Shown here piece by piece: positions 1 through 10,388 of a stretch of DNA of 64,000 bases (position 1 is the first letter of the stretch; each line of letters begins with the position of its first letter). Below the pieces are notes generated by a model, which ran no database searches, was not told where the DNA came from, and saw nothing but the letters and a program-made list of their open reading frames with translations. Origin of the DNA: Alphaproteobacteria bacterium (GTDB taxonomy: Bacteria > Pseudomonadota > Alphaproteobacteria > Rs-D84); assembly GCA_017630405.1 (NCBI GenBank), contig JAGBVH010000024.1, forward strand, positions 31,638 through 95,637, read 5' to 3'. A program made the position numbers and the translations under genes.

Positions 1-732
1 GCCTGCGCGCGGTGGGTCCATTACAACACAATCGTATTGATTCAGCATACCGACCGTTAATGGGTTCTTGAAAAGGTCGCGCTTCATGCCAGTTCCAACG
101 ATATCAAATCCATCCGCGTTCAGTGCAAATGTGAAGTTGCCCAAACCACAGAATAAATCGGCCACGCGTTTTGCGCCACTTGCGTGTTTCAGTACAAGTT
201 GCCTTATGTTTTGTTCGCTTTCTTGTGTTGGTTGCAGGAAAGCGTTCGATGGATAGTCGATAATTTTGTCTTGAAATCTTATGGTTGGCTGTGCCGATTG
301 TTTAATAACTTTGTCGTTCCAGGTAATGCGTAATACGGGCAGTTTTTCAGCGGCCTGTTTAAATTCGGGTGTAAAGTAGGGAACACTTGAAGTTATTGCG
401 ATATCGATTCCGTTTTCGCAATCAGTGACCAGACACGAGCCCGCGCCACCCCAAGGTAATGCCGCCAGAGCAGGCAGTGTATTATTGATAGCCGGTGTCA
501 TATTTGGGCAATTGTGTACGGGGATGATATTTTTTGTGCCCGATTCGAATAAACCGAAATCGCGACCCGCAAAACAAAAGTCGCCACGACGACGCAATCC
601 AGCATTTGTCCATATGGCGGAATCTGTTGGTGTGTGGCCGCGCAATAATGATAATTTTTTTTCTTGATAATCAGGGGCGGTAAAATCAAATTTACAACCG
701 CCACATTTACCAAAGAAAGGACATGTTTTCAT
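1..732 (-). CDS. Class I SAM-dependent RNA (uracil-5)-methyltransferase, RlmD/RumA/TrmA family. N-terminus complete, C-terminus beyond window start.
   Basis: Manual minus-strand translation from ATG at 732 gives MKTCPFFGKCGGCKFDF... (Cys-cluster N-terminus typical of RumA-type MTases). SAM-binding-like VADLFCGLGNFTFAL and DCVVMDPPRAG follow. The ORF runs off the window edge, so it is absent from the ORF track. Its start lies 13 nt downstream of the OMP gene stop. Confidence 0.55.
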   Translation of the reverse strand, partial: MKTCPFFGKCGGCKFDFTAPDYQEKKLSLLRGHTPTDSAIWTNAGLRRRGDFCFAGRDFGLFESGTKNIIPVHNCPNMTPAINNTLPALAALPWGGAGSCLVTDCENGIDIAITSSVPYFTPEFKQAAEKLPVLRITWNDKVIKQSAQPTIRFQDKIIDYPSNAFLQPTQESEQNIRQLVLKHASGAKRVADLFCGLGNFTFALNADGFDIVGTGMKRDLFKNPLTVGMLNQYDCVVMDPPRAG

Positions 733-744
733 ATGTTATTAGCC

Positions 745-1398
745 CTAGAAACTTATGCGTGCACCTGCGCGAAACTGATGTGATGTTGGATTCAGGTCCG
801 CAACAATATCTGTGTCAGGATTAAACATATAAAAATATCTGTATCCAAAATCAAGTGCGAAGTGTGAATTAAATTCAATCCCAATACCCGCCAATGCTGC
901 AGCCACAGGTGTTATTTTTTTGTCCAGATGCACGCCATCATCGGCCGAGTTCCATGATAACCCACCGCCCAATCCAATATATGGAACAATCATTTGAGTG
1001 CGGAAAAGTCGATACATGCTGTCAATGCGAGCATCAAAGATAGCGTTAATAAATACTGTGTCGCCAGTAAATGACAATGCATTCCACTGTGCCTTGGTGT
1101 TCAGATAATTTGCTTCTAGTCTGAAAGTGTCATACACGCGGATGCCGGCCATAACTTCGAAACTGGATGTGTTTTTGCCGTTGATTGAAATGTCGTTTTT
1201 GTCTGTATAGTTCTGCCACATGGCAAAATTATATGCACCACCAATATAAAATCTGTGGTCGCGTGCCAAGGCTTCGTTATCATTGCCAGTTGGCAGTTCT
1301 GGTACGGGCAGTTTCATTAATTCTACGCGATATGGCAAACCCGCATTTGCGGCGATTGGTAAGATGCATAATGCTGTTAGTAATAATTTTGCTTTCAT
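745..1398 (-). CDS. Outer-membrane beta-barrel protein (OmpA-like/Omp25-type surface antigen family)
   Basis: Signal peptide MKAKLLLTALCILPIAANA. Alternating amphipathic beta-strand pattern. C-terminal ...GARISF with terminal Phe typical of OMPs. Paralogous to 1416..2198, 5953..6504 and 57405..58526. Confidence 0.7.
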   Translation of the reverse strand: MKAKLLLTALCILPIAANAGLPYRVELMKLPVPELPTGNDNEALARDHRFYIGGAYNFAMWQNYTDKNDISINGKNTSSFEVMAGIRVYDTFRLEANYLNTKAQWNALSFTGDTVFINAIFDARIDSMYRLFRTQMIVPYIGLGGGLSWNSADDGVHLDKKITPVAAALAGIGIEFNSHFALDFGYRYFYMFNPDTDIVADLNPTSHQFRAGARISF

Positions 1399-1415
1399 TT
1401 TTTTTATGTCCCTAA

Positions 1416-2198
1416 TTAAAAGTTTACACGCAATGTGGCCATGATGTTGCTGATGTTATCAACCCCGCCCGAGCGTACGCCCCAGCCAAAGCCGTTGCCA
1501 ATCATCATCTGGTACTGATACGCGATGTCAATGCCGATTAAGTCCGAAAACATAACATTAAATCCAAATGACGCGCGTGGTGCAGCGATGACCAGACCAT
1601 CTGAACCTGATGTTCCTTCGAATTCATATGTGCCAAGTCCAACACCGATGCCCATATATGGAACAAATGTGCGGCGGCGTGTGACATCGCCAGTTTGTAC
1701 ATAGCGGCGTGCAAAATCAAAATAAAGTGTTCCACCAATTGTTTGATATGTTGCTTGATGATTATCTAAATCCGAGAATTTCAGGGTTATTTGTTGGAAG
1801 TCAATTTCTGTGCGTACATATGATGACAGGTTCCAGCCAAGTCCGATTTGTGTGGTATATCCGCCGGATGCTTCGTGTTCTTGGTCCATGTATTGTGCTT
1901 TGTCCGTTGCAAAGCCCAGATTTAATCCGCCGCCCATACGCATATACATAGTTGTTGGGACAAATACGCGCATGTCATCCGATGATATGGAGCCTGCAAC
2001 CTCGTACACTTCCAGTCCCAGTTCGCCATCGGCGCGTGTCGGCGTTGTGTCGATTGTTTCGCGCGCGCTGATAAGGTCAAGGCCGGTTAAAACCTCGTCC
2101 TGAAAGCGGGTAGGGGTATAGTTTGCGTTTGCCTGACACATACATAGTGTCATGGATAAAATTCCAAAAAATGATATTTTCTTCATGTTGTTGTCCAT
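1416..2198 (-). CDS. Outer-membrane beta-barrel protein, paralog of the adjacent OMP
   Basis: Signal peptide MKKISFFGILSMTLCMCQANA. Gly/aromatic-rich beta-strand pattern. C-terminal ATLRVNF. Confidence 0.7.
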   Translation of the reverse strand: MDNNMKKISFFGILSMTLCMCQANANYTPTRFQDEVLTGLDLISARETIDTTPTRADGELGLEVYEVAGSISSDDMRVFVPTTMYMRMGGGLNLGFATDKAQYMDQEHEASGGYTTQIGLGWNLSSYVRTEIDFQQITLKFSDLDNHQATYQTIGGTLYFDFARRYVQTGDVTRRRTFVPYMGIGVGLGTYEFEGTSGSDGLVIAAPRASFGFNVMFSDLIGIDIAYQYQMMIGNGFGWGVRSGGVDNISNIMATLRVNF

Positions 2199-2268
2199 TT
2201 AAGTTCTGTTAAATTTTATCATAAATTGAAACTTGATTCCAGTCCGTTTTATGCGTACCCTTATAGGT

Positions 2269-3096
2269 ATGAGAAAAAAAATTACAGATAATAAAATTGC
2301 ATTGATTGCCGGCGCGCTGGATTTGCCGTTCTTTACGCGTGATGCGCTTAAGCGTGCGGGTTGGGATGTGTTTGTTGTGGGACTTAAGAATTTTTATAAT
2401 CCTAAATTGAATCCTGATTTAGTGGTACGGATTGGGGGTTCTGGGCGCGCGATACGCGAATTTAAGCGTCGTGGTATTCGTAAACTTACATTTGTTGGTG
2501 CGTTGGGACACCCAAATTTATCTGATATTCGTCCAGATTGGTGGACTTTTTGGACTTTGCTTAAAATTTTAAAAAATCAACGGGGGTATGATTCTATGGC
2601 AGTTGCATTGAATGGCGTTCTTGAAAAACAGGGCTTTGAAATTGTTGCCGCACAGGATTTGGCACCAGAATTAGCGTTCGAAAATGCTGGTGTGCAGACA
2701 CGCGTAAAGCCAACTGCGGCAGATAAAAAGAATATAGAACGTGCTATCGAGGTATCGCATACGATTGGTGCGGCTGATATTGGGGCATCTGTTGTGGTTG
2801 ATAAACAGGTTATTGCAGTTGAAGCCGCCGAAGGAACCGCAAAAATGTTAGAGCGAGTTGTTGCGATGCGCGCATCGAAACGCAGGGCCAGCGGTGTTTT
2901 TGCCAAAATGACAAAGCCAGGGCAGGATTTGCGTATCGATATTCCTGCGATTGGTGTTGACACAGTCAATGCGGTGGCGGATGCGAACCTTAAAGGTATT
3001 GTTGTTAATTCCAAGACTTGCTTTGTTGTTAACAAGCCGGCGGTTATTAAACAGGCGGACAAACGCGGAATCTTTATTTTGGCATTGGATGAATAA
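2269..3096 (+). CDS. lpxI: UDP-2,3-diacylglucosamine hydrolase LpxI (DUF1009)
   Basis: KIALIAGALDLP..., DIGASVVVDKQVIAVEAAEGTAKMLERV, RIDIPAIGVDTVNAVADANLKGIV and C-terminal RGIFILALDE align along the whole length with Caulobacter LpxI. The ORF could start at 2233, 2251 or 2269; 2269 (MRKKITDNKIALIAG) was chosen. Confidence 0.75.
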   Translation: MRKKITDNKIALIAGALDLPFFTRDALKRAGWDVFVVGLKNFYNPKLNPDLVVRIGGSGRAIREFKRRGIRKLTFVGALGHPNLSDIRPDWWTFWTLLKILKNQRGYDSMAVALNGVLEKQGFEIVAAQDLAPELAFENAGVQTRVKPTAADKKNIERAIEVSHTIGAADIGASVVVDKQVIAVEAAEGTAKMLERVVAMRASKRRASGVFAKMTKPGQDLRIDIPAIGVDTVNAVADANLKGIVVNSKTCFVVNKPAVIKQADKRGIFILALDE

Positions 3097-3121
3097 GAAA
3101 AGACCGCCGTTTGGCGGTTTT

Positions 3122-5896
3122 TTATTTGCCCCATGCGGGCCCGATTACATATTCTGCAACCAATGGTACGGACAGTTTTACTATGTGTTCCATGGCGTAC
3201 TTAATTTTTTCGGCAAATTGTTGCGCGCAGTCTGTGTCGCATTCGAATACGATTTCATCATGTACCTGCATAATCATTTTGATTTTATCTTGGTTTGGTA
3301 TTATCAGGTCACGATGGATTTCGATAATCGCACGTCGCATAAGGTCCGCTTCAAATCCTTGAATTGGGGCGTTAATCGCGGCACGCATCGCATATGCGCG
3401 CAGACGCGGATTTTTTGCTTCGGGTAATTCTATGCGGCGGCCCCAAGGTGTGTAAACACACGCGTTTTCCATCGCAAACTTTTTAGTGTTTTCAATATAT
3501 TCTTTAATTTCGGGTAGGCCAGCCATATAGGAATTGATTATGGATTGTGCCTGTTGTCTGGATACGCCCAGCTGGCCGGACAGTCCAAATGAAGATATTC
3601 CATATATAATGGAAAAGTTCACCGTTTTTGCTGCGCGGCGCAGTTCTTTGGGAACGGGTGCATCCGCAGGGATATCAAATATTTTTCGAGCGGTTTGTTC
3701 GTGAATGTCCGTGCCGCTGTTAAATGTATCGCGGAATGTTGTGATGCCTGCAACATCTGCCAACAGACGCAATTGTATCTGGGAATAATCGACCGATATC
3801 AATGTGCGGTTTAGGGGCGCGACAAAACATTTTCTGATTTCTTCGCCCAGTTCTGTTTTAATGGGAATGTTTTGCAGGTTTGGATCGCGACTGGACAGGC
3901 GACCTGTGTTTGTACTTGTTTGTAAATATGTGGTATGAATACGGCTGTCATTGGCAATTTGGCGCGGCAACGCGTCCGCGTAAGTGCCTGCTAGTTTTGC
4001 GATAGAACGCCAGTTAAGTATCTTTTCGATTATTTCGTGATGGTCGATTAAATCGGTCAATGTGTCTGCATCTGTTGAACGCTTTTTATTTTCTGGCAGG
4101 TGCAGTTCATCGAATAAAACTACGCCCAGTTGCTTTGGGCTGGCGATGTTAAATTCGTGCCCCGCCAATTGCCAAATTTCTTGTTCCAGTTTATGAAGCT
4201 GGTCGTGGAATACTGTGGACAGTTGTAATAATTTTTGGCGATCGGCCATAACGCCTGTGCGTTCAATCTGTAACAGCACCGGCATCAGGGGCAGGTCGCA
4301 TGTTTCGTACAGATTTCGTAGTGTTTCGTTGCTATCCAATTCTGGGCGCATTAAATCATAAAGTGCGCGCGATATACAGGCATCTTCGGCGGCGTATGTG
4401 CAGGCCGATTGGATTGATAATGTATCAAAATGCATATCTGTATCGCGGGTTTTTGGAGGAAACAGCGAAGCAAATTTGATGTTTTCGTGATTTAAATATT
4501 TAAGCGCCAATTCGTCAAGACCATGACCGTGCAGGCTGCCGTGTAATATGTATGACAGCAGCATTGTATCATCAAAAGGTCTGATTTTTGTGGTGTCCCA
4601 GCCTTCGTTTTCCATTATATGAAAATCATATTTAAGGTTGTGCCCGATTTTTATGATTTCTGGATTTGTCAGAATTGGCCATAATTTTTTATATGCGGTT
4701 TGAATGTCCAGTTGGTTGGGGGCGATTGTGTCGCCTCCAAAAAGGTCGGTTGCAGGGGCGCGATGACGAATTGGAATATATGCGCCATGCGTGGAATCCG
4801 TTGCCAATGATATGCCAACTATTTTATCTGATATTTGGTTAAGGCCGGTGGTTTCTGTGTCAATTGCCAGAATCTTGTCGATTTTTGATAGGAATTTATC
4901 CAGCGCATCGGCCGTTGTGATGGTTTCGCAATTGATTTCTAACTTTTTTGTTTCTGTGGGGGTGGGGCTGGATGTGCTTGGTACTTCGCATGCGTTGCCC
5001 GCGAATTCAAATATATTTTGGGGCAGGGCGACAGATTCTGGTACAGGAAATGTTTTTTCGATTTTAGCAAGCAATGAATTGCTTTCCAGTTTGTTGCGAA
5101 CAAAATCCAGCGCACCGCGTGTGTTAAATACAAAAGGTGTGATGACCAGACCTGTTAAATCCACATCGTCTTTTAGTGTGACAAGTTGTTTGGATATATA
5201 TGCCATTTCACGATTGTCACGCAGTAAATTACGTGTGCGTTCGTTTTTTATATCGTCCAGATTCGCGTAAAGATTGTCCAATGTGCCAAACTGGTTGATA
5301 AGTTCAGCGGCCTTTTTAGGACCAATGCCAGGGACCCCTGGGACATTATCTGACGAGTCGCCCATTAGTGATTGTACATCTATAACTTGATCGGGGCGTA
5401 CACCGAATTTTTCTAGAACCTGGGGTTCGTGAATGTCGCGTTGCTTCATACCGTCATACAGATATGTGCAGTCGTTGACCAGTTGCATCAGGTCTTTGTC
5501 ACTGGTTATGATGCGCGTTGTGTCCGTTCCGCTGCAGTTTTGTCGTGCCAGTGTCGCGATAACATCGTCTGCTTCGACATTTGGAACACACAGTACAGGC
5601 ATTCCCATTGCGGCCAGCGCTTCGCGGACCAGTATGCCCTGGGATATCAGGTCGGCCGGTGTTTCGCTGCGGTTCATTTTGTATTGTGGGTATATGTCCT
5701 GACGAAATGTGATGCGAGACGAGTCAAATACGCAAACAAAGCAATCTGATTGTTTGGCCGCAGCCAATATAGGTAAAATCATATTAAGAAAACCATAAAC
5801 GGCGCCAGTTGGGGTGCCGTCGCTGCGTGTCAGGCGGCTGTGCACACCATAATATGCACGAAATAACAAAGAATTCCCGTCAATTAGTGTCAGCAT
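3122..5896 (-). CDS. polA: DNA polymerase I
   Basis: 924 aa. 5'-3' exonuclease N-terminus MLTLIDGNSLLFRAYYG, 3'-5' exonuclease region, and polymerase motifs RRAAKTVNFSIIYGISSFGL and QVHDEIVFEC. Confidence 0.95.
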   Translation of the reverse strand: MLTLIDGNSLLFRAYYGVHSRLTRSDGTPTGAVYGFLNMILPILAAAKQSDCFVCVFDSSRITFRQDIYPQYKMNRSETPADLISQGILVREALAAMGMPVLCVPNVEADDVIATLARQNCSGTDTTRIITSDKDLMQLVNDCTYLYDGMKQRDIHEPQVLEKFGVRPDQVIDVQSLMGDSSDNVPGVPGIGPKKAAELINQFGTLDNLYANLDDIKNERTRNLLRDNREMAYISKQLVTLKDDVDLTGLVITPFVFNTRGALDFVRNKLESNSLLAKIEKTFPVPESVALPQNIFEFAGNACEVPSTSSPTPTETKKLEINCETITTADALDKFLSKIDKILAIDTETTGLNQISDKIVGISLATDSTHGAYIPIRHRAPATDLFGGDTIAPNQLDIQTAYKKLWPILTNPEIIKIGHNLKYDFHIMENEGWDTTKIRPFDDTMLLSYILHGSLHGHGLDELALKYLNHENIKFASLFPPKTRDTDMHFDTLSIQSACTYAAEDACISRALYDLMRPELDSNETLRNLYETCDLPLMPVLLQIERTGVMADRQKLLQLSTVFHDQLHKLEQEIWQLAGHEFNIASPKQLGVVLFDELHLPENKKRSTDADTLTDLIDHHEIIEKILNWRSIAKLAGTYADALPRQIANDSRIHTTYLQTSTNTGRLSSRDPNLQNIPIKTELGEEIRKCFVAPLNRTLISVDYSQIQLRLLADVAGITTFRDTFNSGTDIHEQTARKIFDIPADAPVPKELRRAAKTVNFSIIYGISSFGLSGQLGVSRQQAQSIINSYMAGLPEIKEYIENTKKFAMENACVYTPWGRRIELPEAKNPRLRAYAMRAAINAPIQGFEADLMRRAIIEIHRDLIIPNQDKIKMIMQVHDEIVFECDTDCAQQFAEKIKYAMEHIVKLSVPLVAEYVIGPAWGK

Positions 5897-5952
5897 ATGA
5901 TTTTATCCCCGTTGGTTTAATTCGGGGGCACGTGGCCCCCGTGTTTTAGTCT

Positions 5953-6504
5953 TTAGAACACATAGCGTAATTTTACGCGACCTTCGTATTGTAAAAAGTC
6001 TGCATCTTCATCGATGACTTTATATATGTCTTGGGCATATACTACGCGGCCTTCGATGTCGAATTTGACCGGCAGTACCGGCAAATCCAGCGTTACGCCC
6101 AGCATACCCTGATAGGCAGTTGTGTCTTCGATATCGATTGTTGTAATTTCGTTTGGTTCGTATTTGCTGTCAAATGTCATACCAATACCAACACCGATAT
6201 ATGGCTTTACCACAGGGGTTGGCAATTTAAAGTATGCATTTACCATACCGAGATTCATTGTCAGTGCATCGCCATTGATATAGTTGTATTCACCTTCTAG
6301 TCTGAACAAAGGCAGATCGATACCCAGTACGCCGCCATAAGACTGGCTTGATTTAGAAATCTTGGCATCGTCAATAAAGATTGTATTGCCGCCAACACCG
6401 AATGTGCCACCAGCATAAATATCAAACAAGAGATTTGCATCAGCAGCACCCGCCATTAACATAACAGAAGCCGCAGTTAATATGCTTAATGATTTTATTT
6501 TCAT
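5953..6504 (-). CDS. Small outer-membrane beta-barrel protein (OmpW/OmpA-like, 8-strand type)
   Basis: Signal peptide MKIKSLSILTAASVMLMAGAADA, beta-strand pattern, C-terminal KLRYVF. Confidence 0.65.
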   Translation of the reverse strand: MKIKSLSILTAASVMLMAGAADANLLFDIYAGGTFGVGGNTIFIDDAKISKSSQSYGGVLGIDLPLFRLEGEYNYINGDALTMNLGMVNAYFKLPTPVVKPYIGVGIGMTFDSKYEPNEITTIDIEDTTAYQGMLGVTLDLPVLPVKFDIEGRVVYAQDIYKVIDEDADFLQYEGRVKLRYVF

Positions 6505-6550
6505 ATTTTTCTCCTTTATATGATATCATAGTAAAAAAAGAGTGATAGAT

Positions 6551-7075
6551 ATGCAAGAAAATAAACCTTTGTTAGTTGTTGGATTGGGCAATCCTGGAAC
6601 GGAATATCGGACCACGCGTCATAATGTTGGATTTATGGCGGTGGATGCGCTGGCCGGTGATGGGGTGGTGTGGAAGTCTGAAAAAAATGCGCTGGTGGCA
6701 CGTGGTGATATTGATGGCCACAAGGTGATTTTTGTAAAGCCACAGACATTTATGAATAACAGTGGTGTTGCGGTTCAGGCATTGATGACATTTTATAAGA
6801 TACCGTTGGAAAATCTGGTTGTAATTCATGATGATATGGATTTGCCGGTTGCGGATTGCCGCACTAAAATTGGTGGTGGCAGTGCTGGACACAATGGTAT
6901 TCGTTCCATCGATGCGCATGTCGGGCGTGATTATACGCGTATCAGAATTGGTATTGGACACCCACGTGATTTTGATTTGCCGATGAATCCGGCGGATTGG
7001 GTGCTGGGGCGATTTGGGCCCGTTCAATTGGATTTGATACGCGCCACAATTGGCAATATTAAATTATTTGATTAA
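6551..7075 (+). CDS. pth: Peptidyl-tRNA hydrolase
   Basis: LVVGLGNPGTEYRTTRHNVGFMAVDALA near the N-terminus. The ORF begins at 6542; ATG 6551 (MQENKPLLVVGLGNPG) matches the canonical Pth N-terminus. Confidence 0.9.
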   Translation: MQENKPLLVVGLGNPGTEYRTTRHNVGFMAVDALAGDGVVWKSEKNALVARGDIDGHKVIFVKPQTFMNNSGVAVQALMTFYKIPLENLVVIHDDMDLPVADCRTKIGGGSAGHNGIRSIDAHVGRDYTRIRIGIGHPRDFDLPMNPADWVLGRFGPVQLDLIRATIGNIKLFD

Positions 7076-10000
7076 GGGTTTTCCGATTCTTCTGTGTCAG
7101 ATATTACCGTGGCATTACCCGATATGCATGGGTCGGAAAACGTTACCTGATAGTTGTTTATGATGTTTTCGTATGCGGTGTCTTCGGCGCCACACTTTTT
7201 GAATACAGGATTAGGGTTAGGTTCGTTTGTCACCCGATAGTAATATGTATCGTCCTTGTTGGTTCTGTAAAACAAATACATGTTTTCATGTGTTGTGGCC
7301 AGGTATTTGGTCTTTGAAGTTGCTGTGTCTTGCTGGACAAGCAACCAATCGCCATCGCATTCAATTGTGGTTCCGTTAGGGAAGGCTTCTGTATCAGTTT
7401 CACCTGTCGGTTGAACTGTGTCGCCGATACATATCATGAATTGTGTGGTGGTGGCAATTCCAGCCGCAGCATATGGTATTGCTGAGCCTGCTGGACCACA
7501 TAATGGACCGTATTTATAATCTGTTAGTTGTGTGGGATAATTGCTCCACATAAACTGTCCCGAAGGTGTTATGCTTGTTACGCAGCAATTGCCGGATTGA
7601 TCTTTGCTACCATCGCAGCAGTTAGTTATATTGCTTGATATGTTTATGTGGCCGGATTCGCAGTATTGACCCGCGGAATCAAAACCATTGGATGGTTTGC
7701 AAGAGCAAATGCTTTGTTGGTAGCAGTTGCCTTGTTGGTTGCAGTTGACTTGTTGGGTGCAGTAATTGATAAAACCAACGCCACATGTTGTATCGCGACA
7801 GCTGTCTGGCATATCGGCAGTGCCAGTATTTTTTGCAAACCATGCCAACAATGTATCTGTATCGCCAGTGTGCGGTATTTTTATCATGTTATGTTCGTCT
7901 GATGCCAGAACTGTTTGTGGCGCATTTTCGCAGTTGCCCCAAATGCGTTCGGCAAAGCGACAGATATAGCATTCTTCGGTGTTGTCACTGCTGCACTCAC
8001 TTGCACATATGTTATATATGCAGTTTTTGCTTGGAATGTTTGTTAATTGGTCCCCGTTTTCTTTAAAGTTTATACAGTCTGTATTTTGCCCGTTGTGAAT
8101 AATATCGATCCAGCTTTTGTTGCCACCGTAAAGTTTGTTGTAATCGAATGAAAAATATTCTTTGTCCCCAATGGTTGTTTTTGCCAGCGGATATTCTTCG
8201 CGAATATTGGCCAGTGATGTCGTGCCGGCATCGCGGATGCATTGAACAACCTCGTTCCAGCAGGCGGTGCGATTGATAATGGATTTGCGGTTAATGGATG
8301 TGTCAATGTTTTCGCAAAGACCAAAGTTACCAGAAATTGACTTGCAAGCCTGAATGATGCACGAACGTCCAACCTCGGTACAGGTTTGCAGGATTGTGTC
8401 ATATGTTTTGTTTGTGGCGATGCCGGTCATACCTGTTGACCAGTCTGTGTCTGCGTCTGGTGCGCTTTCTAACAGGGCCGTACAGGCGTTGCGTACATCA
8501 GAACACATTTCATTTACTGTTTTATCCGCCAATACGCCAAAGGTGGACAGGGCGCGCGCATCAAAATCCTCGATGGATTCGGCGGTGTCTGCCAAACATT
8601 GTGTGGTCAGTGTTGTGCAGGATTGGCGCACTTCTTCCAATTTTTTATCCTGGGCCAGTTTGATTTGTGCCAGCGCATCATCAATAAAGTTTGCCCAAAC
8701 TGTATCTGCAATATCCTGACATTTTTCCATCGCGGGTTCCAAGAATTTCTTTTTAGTGTTCAGGTATGATACGAATTTTTCGTTCCCTGGAACCTTGGAC
8801 CATGCGGTTTCGTCACTTGGGCGTATAATTAATTTGCCCAAATCAACAAGGTTTACAGTTAAAAATGCTTCACCTGTTGACGGGTCGATATAACGGCCGG
8901 TTGTATCAAGGCACTTGGATAGGTTGTCGCCGCATACGGTTGTGTCGGTCAACATATCAATCATTTTTGATTTACAGGTTAGTATGTCGTCTGAATTGCG
9001 TTTCTGGTGGATGTCAAGGCGGGACATATCAAGCAGCGCGCTGCTTTCCAGAACCTGCTCACGTGCCTGATCTGTCTGGGTTTGATACGATTTTGCAACC
9101 GTATTACAATCCTGTTCAATTGCCATTTGGTATCCGCTTTCGGCAACGGCTAAATCTTCGGCCGAGCAAACCTCCATCGCCATTTCACGACATACGGGCA
9201 GGGCAGCGGAATAAAGGGCGGTGCCTGATTTAGTCGTGGTGGATGCGCCGGCCAGTGAGTCAATATTATCAAATGCTGCATCCATGTTCAGGGATAATGA
9301 TATTGCACTAAGATCCTGATTAAAGTTGCTGTCGCTGAAACTGGTATTAAGTTTTTTTGCGATACTGTCCAACATTTTCTTGGATTCAGATTGGTCTTTG
9401 GTATCAAATGCTGTTTCGCCCTCGGTCGCGGTGTTGATGGCGGCCGCATCTTCTTTATCAAGATTTACAGTCAGCAAGCGTTGGTTAAATTCCAGCAGTT
9501 TATCTTCGACCTTGGCCAATTGTTTTTTTGTAGAATCAAATTCGTTAACGCGAACAGAGCAGGCACAACGTTTTAGTTGTGCATCCTTGTTAGCGCAGAA
9601 TTCATCCATACAATCATAGTAAACAGTGCGACATTTGCTAAAGTCGCGGGACATAATTTGGTCGCGCAGGTTCGTGTCAGTTGTGTTTCGTGCGATATTT
9701 GCAGCACGCGAACGGGACGCTGTATTAGTCGCAGGTAAGCGGGTGGTGGCCGCTGTGCGGGCAACCGTTGGGGTGCGTGTCGCAGGCTTGGTGCTGCGTG
9801 GTTGAACAGTTGTTGCCGCAGGCTTTGCGGATGTGGCGCGGGGCATAACATTTGATGTGGTGCGTGCCGATACGGTCCGGTTTTCATTCAACGCAGTGCG
9901 GCCGGTATTTTTAACGGTTGTGTCACCGCGTGGGCCCGTTGTTGTGCCGCGTTCGCCCGAGTTTGTTGATTTGGATGTGCCGCTGGCGCGTGAATTGCTG

Positions 10001-10155
10001 GTCTTATTAGTGGTGTTTTTTCGTGCAGAAGATATATTTTGGGACGAGGTACGACGAACAGCGGCGCGCGCCGAGTCCGCACCATCATCAGCCACCGCCC
10101 CCTGAAACACAAGCGGTGCAAGCAATACAGCCAAAAGTAGTCTAATTCCCTTCAT
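7072..10155 (-). CDS. Large secreted protein: signal peptide, Thr/Ser/Arg-rich low-complexity (mucin-like) N-terminal region, coiled-coil middle, cysteine-rich C-terminal half
   Basis: 1027 aa. Signal peptide MKGIRLLLAVLLAPLVFQGAVA. About 170 aa of T/S/R/A/N-rich low complexity, then long helical segments. The C-terminal ~450 aa contains more than 40 Cys in CxxC/CC clusters. No recognisable enzymatic motif. Confidence 0.6.
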   Translation of the reverse strand: MKGIRLLLAVLLAPLVFQGAVADDGADSARAAVRRTSSQNISSARKNTTNKTSNSRASGTSKSTNSGERGTTTGPRGDTTVKNTGRTALNENRTVSARTTSNVMPRATSAKPAATTVQPRSTKPATRTPTVARTAATTRLPATNTASRSRAANIARNTTDTNLRDQIMSRDFSKCRTVYYDCMDEFCANKDAQLKRCACSVRVNEFDSTKKQLAKVEDKLLEFNQRLLTVNLDKEDAAAINTATEGETAFDTKDQSESKKMLDSIAKKLNTSFSDSNFNQDLSAISLSLNMDAAFDNIDSLAGASTTTKSGTALYSAALPVCREMAMEVCSAEDLAVAESGYQMAIEQDCNTVAKSYQTQTDQAREQVLESSALLDMSRLDIHQKRNSDDILTCKSKMIDMLTDTTVCGDNLSKCLDTTGRYIDPSTGEAFLTVNLVDLGKLIIRPSDETAWSKVPGNEKFVSYLNTKKKFLEPAMEKCQDIADTVWANFIDDALAQIKLAQDKKLEEVRQSCTTLTTQCLADTAESIEDFDARALSTFGVLADKTVNEMCSDVRNACTALLESAPDADTDWSTGMTGIATNKTYDTILQTCTEVGRSCIIQACKSISGNFGLCENIDTSINRKSIINRTACWNEVVQCIRDAGTTSLANIREEYPLAKTTIGDKEYFSFDYNKLYGGNKSWIDIIHNGQNTDCINFKENGDQLTNIPSKNCIYNICASECSSDNTEECYICRFAERIWGNCENAPQTVLASDEHNMIKIPHTGDTDTLLAWFAKNTGTADMPDSCRDTTCGVGFINYCTQQVNCNQQGNCYQQSICSCKPSNGFDSAGQYCESGHINISSNITNCCDGSKDQSGNCCVTSITPSGQFMWSNYPTQLTDYKYGPLCGPAGSAIPYAAAGIATTTQFMICIGDTVQPTGETDTEAFPNGTTIECDGDWLLVQQDTATSKTKYLATTHENMYLFYRTNKDDTYYYRVTNEPNPNPVFKKCGAEDTAYENIINNYQVTFSDPCISGNATVISDTEESENP

Positions 10156-10388
10156 CCTTTGTATGTCAATGTTAGCAAATTTATAAATTTTTGGGCAAGC
10201 ACAAAATGTCAGGAATTTATATAAAATATATTATATATAATTTTACTTGATTTTTTGTGATGATTTCGCTATTATCGGGGCACGCACCAAGTGCGAATAA
10301 CACAGCCGCGCTGTAAAATTTCTGTCCGAATTGAAAGATTTGGTCTGGCACACGCGGTGAGGATAACAACAGAAAAAAGGATAAAATC

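Noticed and set aside
498-713. 71-aa minus-strand ORF from the track overlapping the methyltransferase N-terminus
   Set aside because: It is in a different frame from the long methyltransferase ORF that starts at 732 and runs off the window. I first suspected a frameshift at the T8/A8 homopolymer (655..662), but counting bases shows the frame is intact. The 71-aa ORF is an overlapping alternative-frame artefact.
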